Of a stretch of DNA of 64,000 bases, positions 1-11,799 are shown in pieces (the stretch's first letter is position 1; each line of letters opens with the position of its first letter). The DNA is taken from the NCBI GenBank assembly GCA_043228905.1, contig JBHGNT010000005.1, positions 6,014,001 to 6,078,000 of the forward strand. Reading direction: 5' to 3'. The notes beneath the pieces are model-generated. The model was given only the letters and a program-made list of their open reading frames with translations, was not told where the DNA came from and did no database searches. This stretch comes from Azolla caroliniana (taxonomy: Eukaryota; Plantae; Polypodiophyta). A program made the position numbers and the translations under genes.

Positions 1-417
1 CTTTTAAACCTAGGACTTCTGTTTATACCCCCCTGCCCCCCACCTACTAACCAATCCATTCTTCAAGAATACCAAAACCTCAGTAGATCCTTGAGACTTA
101 AACATTTCTTTAAAGACTTAAACTCTCCCCCCTCTAATCCCTTCAAACTACCCAACCCGAATTGGAACCCTCCTACTAAGTATCCACCATTAGAGTCTAT
201 ACTCCATAAACACAATATCTCTCTCTCCACAAACCTCCATAATAATATACAGCCTAATACCAAAATACCACTACACCTCCAAATAGCACTAACCAGCCGT
301 AGAAAAAACAAACAAATAATCATCCTACTAGCGGACAAAAACATCGGAGTTTGTGTCCTCAATAAAAAAACATACCTAGATGAAGCCCTAGAACATTTTT
401 CCGACATCACTACATAT
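1..417 (+). mobile_element. Penelope-like retroelement (PLE) ORF fragment, N-terminal region upstream of RT; open at the window start
   Basis: Frame 1 from base 1 reads LLNLGLLFIPP...QEYQNLSRSLRLKHFF...PFKLPNPNWNPP...ALTSRRKNKQIIILLADKNIGVCVLNKKTYLDEALEHFSDITTY. This fits the PLE pre-RT pattern (L-GL-F-P ... R-LRL--F ... W-PP ... III--ADKG---VV-----Y--E----LSD---Y). Coding similarity ends at about 417, where the sequence becomes pyrimidine-rich and low complexity. Confidence 0.75.
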
Positions 418-543
418 GTATTTTATATCTTCACTCATTTCTTTTCTCTCTCTCTCTCTCTCTCTCCCTTTTTTCTCCCTTCTCCCTTCCCCCTCCCCTA
501 TACCTCTCACTACCTTTTTGTACACATTTCACTAAAATCCATA

Positions 544-579
<36 letters not shown>

Positions 580-966
580 CTCTTTTCCCTCAAACCTTCT
601 CTCCACCACTCTTACTAACTTCCTTTTTCTTTCCCTTCTTATTCCCTTCCTTTATTTTCCCCTTCTCACCATCTTATGTTTACTTACTTATAATTACATA
701 CCCTATCACTCATTCATTTCCCCTTATCACCCTATCCCACTCCCACTCACTCATCTGTCTTATCACCCTATCAATCTTCCTATCACCAACTCATTTTCCC
801 CTTTACCACCACCCCCCCTATCATCAAGATCTTCCACCTTAAATCCTTACAGCCTTCTATCTATTTACACTCTTATTACACCCCACTCACTATGATTATA
901 CTTTCCCTCTTTCTCCTCCCTTCCCCATTCTCAACATCCTATATAAACCACCTTTTTTATTTACAT

Positions 967-1021
967 GACCTTTTGCACTGATGAGCTCTAAGCGAGCGAA
1001 ACTAGTTTGTTGCATAAGGTC
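967..1021 (+). ncRNA. Minimal type-I hammerhead ribozyme motif (PLE pseudo-LTR type)
   Basis: Stem I 5' strand GACCTTTTGCA (967-977), core CTGATGA (978-984), stem II GCTC-taagc-GAGC (985-997), core GAAA (998-1001), palindromic CTAG then TT (1002-1007), and TGCATAAGGTC (1011-1021), which is complementary to 967-977 at 10/11 positions. A TATA-like TATATAAA lies at about 940. Confidence 0.8.
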
Positions 1022-1050
1022 TTTCCTTTCATTTTAATGAAAATTTTTGA

Positions 1051-1052
<2 letters not shown>

Positions 1053-1125
<73 letters not shown>
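1053..1125. repeat. (CT)n microsatellite at the 3' side of the PLE/hammerhead unit
   Basis: About 36 uninterrupted CT units. Confidence 0.95.
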
Positions 1126-1129
<4 letters not shown>

Positions 1130-1289
1130 CTTTGTGCTTAGAATCTCTTCTTTTCCTATTACATTATCTACCATATCACAAAGTCACCCGCACTCTTTGC
1201 TACAACCGAACGGTTAATAACAAAAGAGGTCAAAAACCATAATGACTAAATGCATGGACTACTACACCTTTTGATGCCAATGATGTTAG

Positions 1290-1760
1290 TTTCACACTCC
1301 TTGTAAAGGTAAACGTTGTCAACACTCTAACAATATTTGATACATGAGTGGGACTATTATCAACTACACCTACTTGCAAAAGTGGGTTAGTACTAATAAT
1401 ATGCCTCAATCAAAGGTGAATCTTACATTTGTCATTACTAGATCGGCCAACCTAGTGGGCCATGATTGCATGTTACGATGACCTTTCCTTCACGTAAATT
1501 GACTTGCCATTGACTTCAAGAACAACATCCTCTATATAAGAATGGAGAGTAGCATTACCTAATGCAAGTTTACAATAAAAAAGTGCATGAACATGAAGGT
1601 AGCCAACTCATGGACGACAATTTGATGACCATAGATTTTGAGGATAGCTTACTCCAATGCCACCTAGATAATGATTGGAAGATTGATAGAGACGAGAATA
1701 TAGGGCTCGAGCCACACAACTACTCATCCTTTGAGGTAAACCATGACTTGTAATGAAGTG
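1290..1760 (+). pseudogene. Highly degraded LTR-retrotransposon aspartic protease-like remnant
   Basis: Fragments IFDT*VG (DTG-like, about 1333), LLDRP (LLGRP-like, about 1435) and NNILYIRM, broken by stops and frameshifts. Confidence 0.3.
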
Positions 1761-4700
1761 GATGCTAATGTTAGCGATGGTTCATTGTGATTAACACACA
1801 ATGTGGTCATGTTGGTAGAGTCATCCTAGACAGTGACCCATGATACTATAAATATCATGACATGTAACACTGCAAATAACCAACACCTCTTATCTCTCAT
1901 ATGAAATCTATGGTAGAGATACAATGGCCTTAATTTAGTACTAAAGCCATTGTCACAACACTTTCATACAAACATTGGTTATGACTTCATTTGTTGACCC
2001 TTATGTAACTTTCAAGCCTCGATGACACGACCATCCAGTGTGTGGGGATCACTCTCATTGGATATTAAAACCCTTATTAGCAAGACACATGTTCAAGATT
2101 GGGTAATGCATGCAGGACAAGGTCGGTGCAACACGAATGAATGTATTATTGTTACGAGTGCAAAACTAATGTACTTCACAACCTCTAGTGGTTTCAATAT
2201 AGAACTCTTCATGTAGGTTGCGGCCTCAAGAAAGTTGCCTCATTCTGAAGATGCACTGAAGTTAGGCCCTGCCCCGGCCTTGCAACTTTCGGTTTCAACA
2301 TTCCTACCTCAACAACCCCAAAAAAGAAATCACAACCCCTAGCAAGTGGGTTCCACCAATCATGCCTATAAATCTTAGTTTATCGAGTTTCAATCCCATT
2401 ACATGGTGACGAATCTGACGATCCAAGCGTGGTCCCCCAAAGGATTCTTATCAAGCACGAGTGAACAAAAATGGCACCGTTGGACTAGAGAAAGGAACCT
2501 CAGCCACGTGGCAAAAAAAAACTAACATCTACCTAAGGGTGGCATAAATGCAATGAGAAAATTTTCTTTCAAAACAAGTGCAAATCCCTGTCAAGCCAAA
2601 ATCACCCAAACCAAATCTGTGTGTATGCATTGCCTTGTAACAAGGACTCTTTGTAAAGGGCTACAAATGCAAACGAGAAAACATAAGAACATATGTGGTA
2701 TGCCAAGTACCAGAATGAAGCACCAAAAGTCGAAAGTGGTTCAACACGAACACCGAAATTTTGCTCCATGCACACTACCCCGTCTCTAACCATGGGGGGG
2801 CCACCCTCTAAGTACTCCCACATATATCATACAATTCTACCCACTACACTTGCCAACTTGGTTGACTATTATCGTGGACTTCCTCTAGTTCATCCAAAAC
2901 AAGTTCTTTACAATTAGAGGGTAGACTGATGCATGTAAATATGTCTAGTATCTAGTAAATGTGATTAACTAGCCCAAGAAATTTCTTTATGCATTATCAT
3001 TGTTATTTGTTGTCTTGGAGAGACTTGAATGGTATAACTTTCTTCTTTCCATATGCATCCTTTGCCTTCTAAGATACCACAATGATTTTCCTCCCTGCCT
3101 TCACTTTCTCTTATGACATATTATACGTGCCCCCTCCCCCTTTTGGTGTATGCATGTATGCGTGTGGGTATGTACACACACACACACACACACACCCCTC
3201 ATCAATCATCACTAAATGCGCCTCATTTGTAGGCATAAATAATTTTTCTAACCGATATGCTTCAATATTTGACCATGGTGATTTCCTCTCTTGATGTTGG
3301 CTTTGTGGTTTACACCATAACATCAAAAGTCATAATTTGAGAGAATACAAGTTTAATCCTCACCACGCTCGGCCTTGTCTCATAATCACAATTGGTTTCA
3401 TGTGGATGTTAAACGGAAATTTTGCAAGTCTGATCTTTGCCAATGGGTAGGCTCTATCCCTTAGATCGCAATCAATCTCCTTTGGATGATAAAAAGAAAC
3501 ATCTATCCACATAATCTAAATCAATCAATCAATACTCCTCTATGACCAATTGCTATAGAGGAGAATGTCTCAATGCTAAACCTCCGCACTACCTAACCTA
3601 GATTGGTGACATTATTGCACAAAGCTAGGATCCACATTGAGCCTATTATTCACACTACTTTTCCCACTTTACCCTTCAACCTATCGTAAACAAACATACA
3701 TTTTCCATTTACACCTTATGTTTTTAATATGCACACAAATGTTAGCAATCTGCCAAGTCATCTAAACCCTTTGCATTCACATGCATATACACAAAGATAC
3801 CTTGGCAAAAATACATACATAATCACAAATCCCAAACACATATATATAAATGATCATCTACACACACAACCAACCACACATTACATCTTCATGTACACAT
3901 ACAATTTTGTGCACACATATACCACGATTCAATATAAAAACACCCATAAAGACACATTATGAAGACACGCTCATTAATTGATACATGGATAGTTTATTAC
4001 AAATGCACAAACACATGTATACACACTCATATGTATATCTTCCCGAAGCACAGTTGCACATGCTCATTTACATACAAGGATATATAATGTTATGAAAATA
4101 CATACAATCCTAGTTTTGACACTAAGTACATGTGCATGCACCTAGAAGGGATTTTAGCTAGAGCACGCTTGTGTGCCAATTTACATGCTCGGGCCTCCTA
4201 AACACTTAAAGACAACCATGTCAAATCCCATCTTCCATGGTCTACGGCCCTAGTGGTTCCATCGTATATTTCATACCTTTCCCATTGATTCTCGTGAACC
4301 ATATAACAATCTCTTTCTAACACACATATAACAAACATATATATCTTATTTAATTTTTATGTATACACCCTTGATTCTCTAATTCTTTAGGAGGGTGGTC
4401 TTATTGTTACCATAGCCTATTATGTGATAGATACATATTATTGCCAAGTGGCAATAATACACAATAGCCAAGTTGTTAGTACACATTACAACTAGGAGGT
4501 GAGCTTGATCCTTAGCAAGCACAAAAAAGGACAATTATAATCATTTACAATGTTTTGACCCTTCTTCATACTAGAATGGACATAAGGCCGTATGTTTTAG
4601 CTTTTCATTCTTGTTATTTTTATTTCTTGTAGGTAGTCTTTTGCATCAATGGTATCAATACCATGTCAACATCCTCAGAACATATGGAATGTGAAAGGAC

Positions 4701-6544
4701 ACAACATGTATTCTGACGGCATTATCCGCTTCTCCACTAGCCAAACCTAGGCTATATCGTCTTCAATGGAATATGTGAAAGTTTTCTTACTAGGCTTAAA
4801 TCCATAGGCAACATATCCCCGGCTTTTGATTATATAGTATTAAACATGTATTCATTTTTTGCCAAATTTTGTGAAACTTTAAGTTCAAATGCCTTTTAGA
4901 CCTTGTTTTTACCCTTATTTTCTTCTTGTTGCATGTGAGACTACATAATACCTTTCTATTTGTTGTAGACTAATTTGCATGTCCTCTTGGAACAAACAAA
5001 TAAAACTTCTCAAAGGATATTGAAGAGGTTCTTGCTATAATGATAATCATAGTTACAAGCACTTTGCTACTTTATTAGCAAACATATGATGTTGAAGGCA
5101 TTTTATTATTATGACAGTATCCTCTTCCTTTTTCTCCTTTTTATGTTCGCATGTTGGCCAACTATATTTCTCGATTTTGGATTCATTTTTATTATGCATC
5201 TCATTTTTTACAAAATTGGCTAGGCATCCAATATTTAGAATTAAACTTGTATACTATATTAAATTAAACCCATCTTAGACTACACATGAGAGGGTTAGTT
5301 ACATTGTTCACTCCAACATGACCACAAAAGGTATTGGGTTGAGAGAGATACAAGCATGAGGAAGAAATATCGAGCGACCCAAGCTAAGATTAAATTGACA
5401 AATTCAAGATGAGATGAAATGTCTCCTTCTATTTTCTATATGCACATTTCTCAAGTAATATAGTAGGGTGTATCTTTCTTAAATAAATACAAATTGAGAA
5501 ATTCAAGATGCTTAGGCTAATGGAGACTTAGTGTTCATAAACCATGAATCTACTTGGAGATAAATTGCATAAAAACAAGACATTTCAATAATAATAAGAT
5601 CGTGGGTGAGAAATCTCATAATTAACAATTCTAGATCAAAACAAGATGAAGAGTGAGGCTAGATAATAATGAAACTCATAGAATATCAACACGATTTGTC
5701 ATCCCCAATGGATAATAATAATTGAGAATATGTGAAGAAATTTATCATCCTTATATTCGACAATAAAGAAAATCAAGGAGATGAGTTATAGTAAAGTGTC
5801 ATTTGAGACCAAGAATTTTGGAAGATCCCGAAACATAAAGACCAAGAAACAAATTTTTGATGGTTAAGATGAATAAAAAAGCCTCGATGAGGGCAATCAC
5901 CCCAGTAAAGAGACAATGCCTCGTAGTAGTTTTGTTTGCATGTGATTGTGCATGTTCATTGTTTGTTTGAGTAGATATAATGCAAGATCACATGTTCTCA
6001 AGAGCCCATGTGCTAAAAAGCCTTTGAAAGTTTGAAACTAGAAAATGAGAGCAAGTGAGCATGCTCATGGAACTCATCACATAAGACATTGAAGGGTAAG
6101 GAGAGCATATCGCTATTAAAAAAGTATGAGACCATAGAATGTTTGCCTTTGTATGTGGGCTGAAATAATCAAGATATTGCCACCCAACCTCGATACACAC
6201 TCACAACTTGGTTTTTATGGAAGACGATACAATAGATATTAGAATATGTGGCCTTTAATAAAATTTATTGTGTGAAATGCTACAATTCTAAAGGGTAGGG
6301 CACACATCCAGGTGCTCGCGTGATTGAATGTTCAAAATGACACACAACATTATGACCATTACATATGTAACCTCTTGGGGTTTACAATAATACGCTTATC
6401 AGAAATCTACATGTAGACATAAACTTACAATCTTCCACTCTTGTGACAATTAGTGAGTTTATAACCTTAGGACCATCCATTATTATGAGTGTAACACAAT
6501 ATTATGCATTGCATTTGGTTAATAGTCAACAAGTTAAATATTAT

Positions 6545-6970
6545 TTTTAAATTTTTTTGGCATTAGTTAGCAAACAAAGTACATCAAAGACCAACAACAA
6601 ACCTCACTTTGGCCTTCTCACCAAAGTGATCATAGTCCCCACCCCCTCATTTACAACCAAACTATCCCATCAACACTTTTAACATAGTAATTAACTTGTA
6701 CCACAACTATACATATTTATAGTTCCTGGTCACTAATGGAAGCCTTTGGCGGAAACAACCATTTGGTTGCTTGGTAGTTCTACTTAGGCCCTGACGATGA
6801 TCCGACCATAAAGTCATAAACCATGTTCCCAATATTTGAAGTTTGATTAATGATCCATCGCTTAACATACCCTCCTTTTGACATGAAAATATGAGAGATG
6901 AAGTGAAGTCTCATAAATCATCACTCAGGACATCACAAACCACAATCAATCTCCCATAGACATAAAAAAG
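6545..6970 (-). mobile_element. Degraded L1-type LINE 3' end (zf-RVT-like region plus A-rich tail)
   Basis: Minus-strand fragments resemble C-x2-C...ETS-HL-F-C and VYSLWY. An A-rich stretch lies at the 3' end (plus-strand T-run at about 6545-6558). Confidence 0.3.
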
Positions 6971-7338
6971 ATATATATTTGTCCCTCAGCTTGACACAGT
7001 TGAACAATAAATATTTCAACACTTCAATGATCATTGATATAAGAATAATCTTGAAGTATAATGATTATACTTTTTGTTAAAATGATAATTCGAATCTAGA
7101 TAAGATGTATGAAGATTGAGGAACAAAAACATACTTGAAGGTAATTAAGAGCTCAAAAAAGAAAGATATATGAAATATGCTATGTAGGGACGAAAAAACA
7201 TGTTTCAATTTCATGACACATGATCAAAGGTTAACAAATTAACTCATTCCAAAGGTCTTGTGATAACCTCTCATGGGGATAATCTTTTTTGGTTTTCATT
7301 GGAAACAACCTCCTCCCAACTATATCAAACGTTGTCAA

Positions 7339-7765
7339 TAGCAATGGGCGCGGTTCGGTTCGGTTTCTTGGCCTTGAAACCAAACCAAACCATTTATTTA
7401 TATTAAAAACCAAACCAAACTGTTTAATTTTTTATGAAGCCGTTTAGAGATGAACCGTTTAAACCAAACTGTTTATGAACAATTTAGAACCAAACCAAAT
7501 CGGTTTATCATAAATCAAAATCAAAATCAAACCGATAAACCTATAAACCTTTAAACCTTTAAACCTTCAAAACTTTTAAACCTTTAAACCAAACAACATA
7601 AGCAGAAACCGCGAAACTGCTAAACCGTGAAATTCAAAACCAAACCAAACCGGATCATAATATTTGAAACCAAACCAAACGGTTTATTTATCTTTGAACC
7701 AAAAAACCGTTAACCCATGGCTTGATCGTTCGGTTCGGTTCGAGCCGAAACCGTGCCCATTGCTA
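7339..7765. mobile_element. hAT-superfamily MITE (427 bp)
   Basis: TIR TAGCAATGGGCGCGGTT / AACCGTGCCCATTGCTA (16/17 match). Perfect 8-bp TSD GTTGTCAA at 7331-7338 and 7766-7773. Many subterminal AAACC(G)/CGGTT motifs, similar to Ac-type transposase-binding repeats. Confidence 0.92.
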
Positions 7766-7986
7766 GTTGTCAAGTAACAATGCCATCCAAGCTCGTAAAA
7801 GTTACATATATATTGTTCTTGGGCAAAGGAACGTTATATGTTTATATTACATTCTAACAGTTGTGAAGTGTTATGTTTAAGAACACTCTATTAAATTTGT
7901 GTGAAATACAAGCTTTAGTATAGCTTTTCGAGGTACAATTCTCAAAACAACTATCGCCCTCCTCTCTCTCTCTCTCTCTCTCTCTA

Positions 7987-8022
<36 letters not shown>

Positions 8023-8090
8023 CAATGGCAAAATTCACATTCAAGCAATATGGGCAGTAGGGAGCAAGGGTATATGTCTAGACACTAACT

Positions 8091-8130
<40 letters not shown>

Positions 8131-8139
8131 GAAAAATAT

Positions 8140-8646
8140 TACTAGTAGGATGCGATGATGGACATATTGCTCGAACGAGAAGCATGCTAAGGTACATGGT
8201 GAAGAGCTACAAGCACATTTAGAAGTTTGTTAAGGTACACGATGATAAACAAGGAAGATGACCATTGGCAAGTGAAAGAGTCAACAATATGTAGGGGAAA
8301 CAGCAGACACAATCCGAAAGTGTGTAGACGTAACATGGCGAAGAACGAGGAAGATGATGATCATTGCTCATTCTCACGAGTTCGGAGATACACGACACTG
8401 ACATGTAGAGGGGGAAGGGAAGCAGACCTATCCGGAGAAGTGCGTTAAGGGTACGCAACAAAGAACAAGGAAGATGATCATTAGCAGGCGAAAGAGTTGA
8501 GAGGTGGCATTCCCTACACATACACACCCCTCTCAGGCTTCTTCCGGGCCAGAGATACACACATGTGACAGACACATGTAGGGAAACTGCAGAGTCCAAC
8601 CGGACCGGATAATGAGTCCGAGGAGTGTATATCCATCCCCCACTTT
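8140..8646 (-). mobile_element. Probable old 3' LTR remnant with PPT
   Basis: Minus-strand PPT-like AAAGTGGGGG (8646-8637) followed by a-TG at 8635. Internal degenerate repeats AAGGTACAC...AACAAGGAAGATGA(C/T)CATT occur at about 8230, 8340 and 8445. The far boundary is uncertain. Confidence 0.35.
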
Positions 8647-8919
8647 GCGAGACATGCCATGGTTTTGTTGTACACATACATACATACATACATACATACG
8701 TATACATATGTACATACATTATACATACCAACAGTTTGGGGCCTCCTGACATGGACGATGACAGCTAGGACAAACAAACACAAAATATTTCCCTTCCTTC
8801 TTCTTCCTTTTTCTTTTCAAAAAAAGAAATTAGGGGAAAAAAAACTCACAAAAACAAAAAAAACAGAAAATCTCTGCCCCCCCTCTCCCCCTCCTTTGCT
8901 AAGTCTGTGTTCCACAGCT

Positions 8920-8954
8920 ATGGCGGTTGAAGCTCTGAGAGGGGATTAGGGTTT
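8920..8954 (+). promoter_or_regulatory. Short uORF (MAVEALRGD*) overlapping a telo-box in the probable 5' UTR exon of the C2H2 gene
   Basis: ATG 8920 to TAG 8949; TTAGGGTTT at 8946-8954. The surrounding CT-rich leader ends at a donor CAG|GTTTGG (9131/9132), which can join the acceptor TTTTCAG|G at 11767/11768, 32 nt before the main ATG. Confidence 0.45.
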
Positions 8955-9452
8955 TATCGAAGCTCTTCTCTCTAGGAGTATATTCTCCTTCTTTCTTCTT
9001 CGCGATCTATCATCTCTCCCCTAACGATCTAAGTTTTCGGCACATCCTTTGTTTCTTTCTGCCCCTGGTGTCGTCTTCTCCATCGCAGGATCGTAGAGAA
9101 GGAATCCATTCTCTTGTTCAACGAATCACAGGTTTGGGCTTTTTTTTCGTGTCTTTCACCCCTTCTGTTTATTTTTGTGACATTTCGCTGCCATTTTGGT
9201 CTTTATGGGGTTAGATCATTTCGTTCAGGTCTAGACTTTTTAATCTGATCTTCGATCGGATGTGTTATTCATGATTTATCATCTCTCTATCACGCATGGA
9301 ATCGGGGATGTCCATCTATACCAAAAATGCTTCTTATGCTACCTGTTTCCAGTTAAAGATGCCATTTTCCCTGTTTTTTCTCTGACCAATGGGAGGCTAA
9401 GACTAGTGTTTCATCACATATATATAGCTACAACCCTACCGTTTGGATGGTT

Positions 9453-9928
9453 ATGAAATGAAGAAGAATCAAGGTTATTACAGGATATTTAAACTTATGT
9501 GAGGTTTAATAGCAAATGAAATGAAGAATAAAACGTTACGTATGGGTTTGAAGTTAGAAAAATTATGTGAGTTTTGAGAGAGCTATGATATGAAGAATCA
9601 AGGTTATATACGTGATTTTTAAGATTAGACAAAATATGTGGTTTTGAGGGAGAAATGAAGCATCAAGCTTATGGATATGATTTTTAAACGTAGACCAATA
9701 TGTGCAATTTTGATAGGATCATGAAATGTAAAATCACGATTATAACCTGATTTTTAAGCTTAGATAAGAGATGTGGCTATGCATACTTGCATCATGTTGC
9801 TATGTCCAGGATGTAGAGGAGGATCATGAAATGTAAAATCACGATTATAACCTGATTTTTAAGCTTAGATAAGAGATGTGGCGATGCATACTTGCATCAT
9901 GTTGCTATGTCCAGGATGTAGAGGAGGA
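9453..9928. repeat. Degenerate ~65-70-bp minisatellite ending in a recent 105-bp tandem duplication (5' UTR intron)
   Basis: The unit ATGAAATGAAGAATCAAGGTTAT...GATTTTTAAG-TTAGA...ATGTG recurs about 5 times. 9715-9819 and 9820-9924 are identical except for one base (GGCTATG vs GGCGATG). Confidence 0.85.
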
Positions 9929-11799
9929 GATCTATCTTAGAGTATGGTCAGGGTGGCTGCTGGATATCTGGGTGAATATTACCACTGTGAGTGAAACTAC
10001 TGGGCAAACTCATCTTGCTCAAGTTCGCCAGAATTGAGCCTTGGGTTGTGCTACGCGTCACCTCACCTCAAAGATTAAAGGCAAAATAGCATTCATCATT
10101 GGTATTAAAAAAGGAATCGTTGACCACCATTCACCAAAATAGTGGAGAGCATGTTAGAGCAAGAATAGCACAAAGTCACCTGGTATGGAACCCAGTGTGC
10201 TGCACAACTTTCTGGTGGCATGCTTCTTTAATGCATCGACAATGCATTGGCAACATTAGGGAAATCATTGCAAATGCGTTACAATCGGCCCATTTCTGAC
10301 GTCTGTACTCTATAGGAAATATAGGAGTCCTGCATTACATATGCAACATTAGTGTTAGATTTTAAAACCATAAAGATTATCAAGCTCTTATACATCAAGA
10401 GAAAGTTATGAAGAAGATAATGGTTCTTCCAGATAAAGTAAAATATCACCTAGAACATATATGTAAATGAGAAAGTCATATATATGATGCTGAAGGATAA
10501 AAAGCCTAAGATATAATAGAGAGATTGGGTTAGTGATCTTGAGGATGATTTAATGATCCAAGAGAGAAAAAGGAAGATACATTAACATCTTTTAAGTGAT
10601 CAAACTGGGCTTTAAGAAAGAATAAAAGATTGCATCTCAAACCATTGTCTCTTGATTAATGAAAACCTGATATTCTTTCCGGCCAAGGTATCAGACAGAA
10701 AGAAAGAAATATCAGAGAGAAAGAGAGAAATCTCAGAATGAGAGAGAGAGAGAGAGTGTGGAAGATGGAAAGAAATTGTCTATGCTTGACCACTTTTGGA
10801 ATAGCAAAATAATAGTCACTGAATTAGTAATTTTGGCTTCTAGGAAAGATAATTTCACAAAGATTACAGTTTTGAGTGTTTAGAAGCACTATCTACAGTG
10901 TAGCTCAAACAAGTTGCATTGCAAAACTACTGTCAATGAAACTATGGTTTTGTTGTTGTTGTATCGTCTTAATGTTTCTTCTGACCCAGAATTCGGCAAA
11001 AAAAGTGTCCTCAGCTACTTAAACATATGGATCTGACAGCAATATATAAAATTTCTTCTAGACTCGTGCTGTTGTGCTATTTTCTCATAATTCCTATGAT
11101 TACATGCATGAAAAGAAACCTTAGGGAGCAATTTATTAAATGCTGGTTAGATTCATTTATTTGCAATGCATTGCAAACAAGTTATATTCTGAAACTATGG
11201 AAACCATTGTCTTATAATTCCTATGTCATGTTAACAGTTTGCCTAACTCAGTGATTGATGTAAAAGGTTCCCTCATTTATTAAAAAATATATAAATCTGA
11301 CAGAAATATATGCACTCTCTTCTAGGCTCGTGCAAATTTGGGCTATTTTCTCATAGTTTCTTATGACTGCATGCATGGGTACCTGGCAGTAAGGTGTTTC
11401 TCTGATGGAAATATTGTATACTGATAAATCTTTTTATGGCCAATGCACTGTGTGAGTCCTAATATTTTGGTTGACAATGTGGGACTCCAATGCACTGTCA
11501 GCCCGCATATTTCAGTTGATGCAGAACTCCAATGCATCTAGATATTACATGACCCTAAGATGTGTTTTCTGAAGGAAAATGTTGTATCAAGTTGTTAATT
11601 GCTTTCTAGTGAATGCATTGCGACTCTTCATATTTTACTTGACTATATAGAACTTGAAAGAATCCAGAGTTTGAAGATCTAATTGGTAATTTCACGAGCA
11701 GTGAAGCTGTTGCTAATGCCAGATCTTTTCCATCATGTAAACAAGGTGGTGCTGTGTGATTTTTCAGGGTATTGAATTTGAAGCCACCACTCTCACAGA

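Noticed and set aside
418-960. Possible intron in the PLE ORF (TAT|GTATTT followed by a pyrimidine tract)
   Set aside because: No downstream RT-coding exon resumes before the hammerhead, so an internal deletion is simpler.
2472-2485. TGGCACCGTTGG as an Athila-like PBS
   Set aside because: The match is short and imperfect, with no definable LTR pair or downstream gag.
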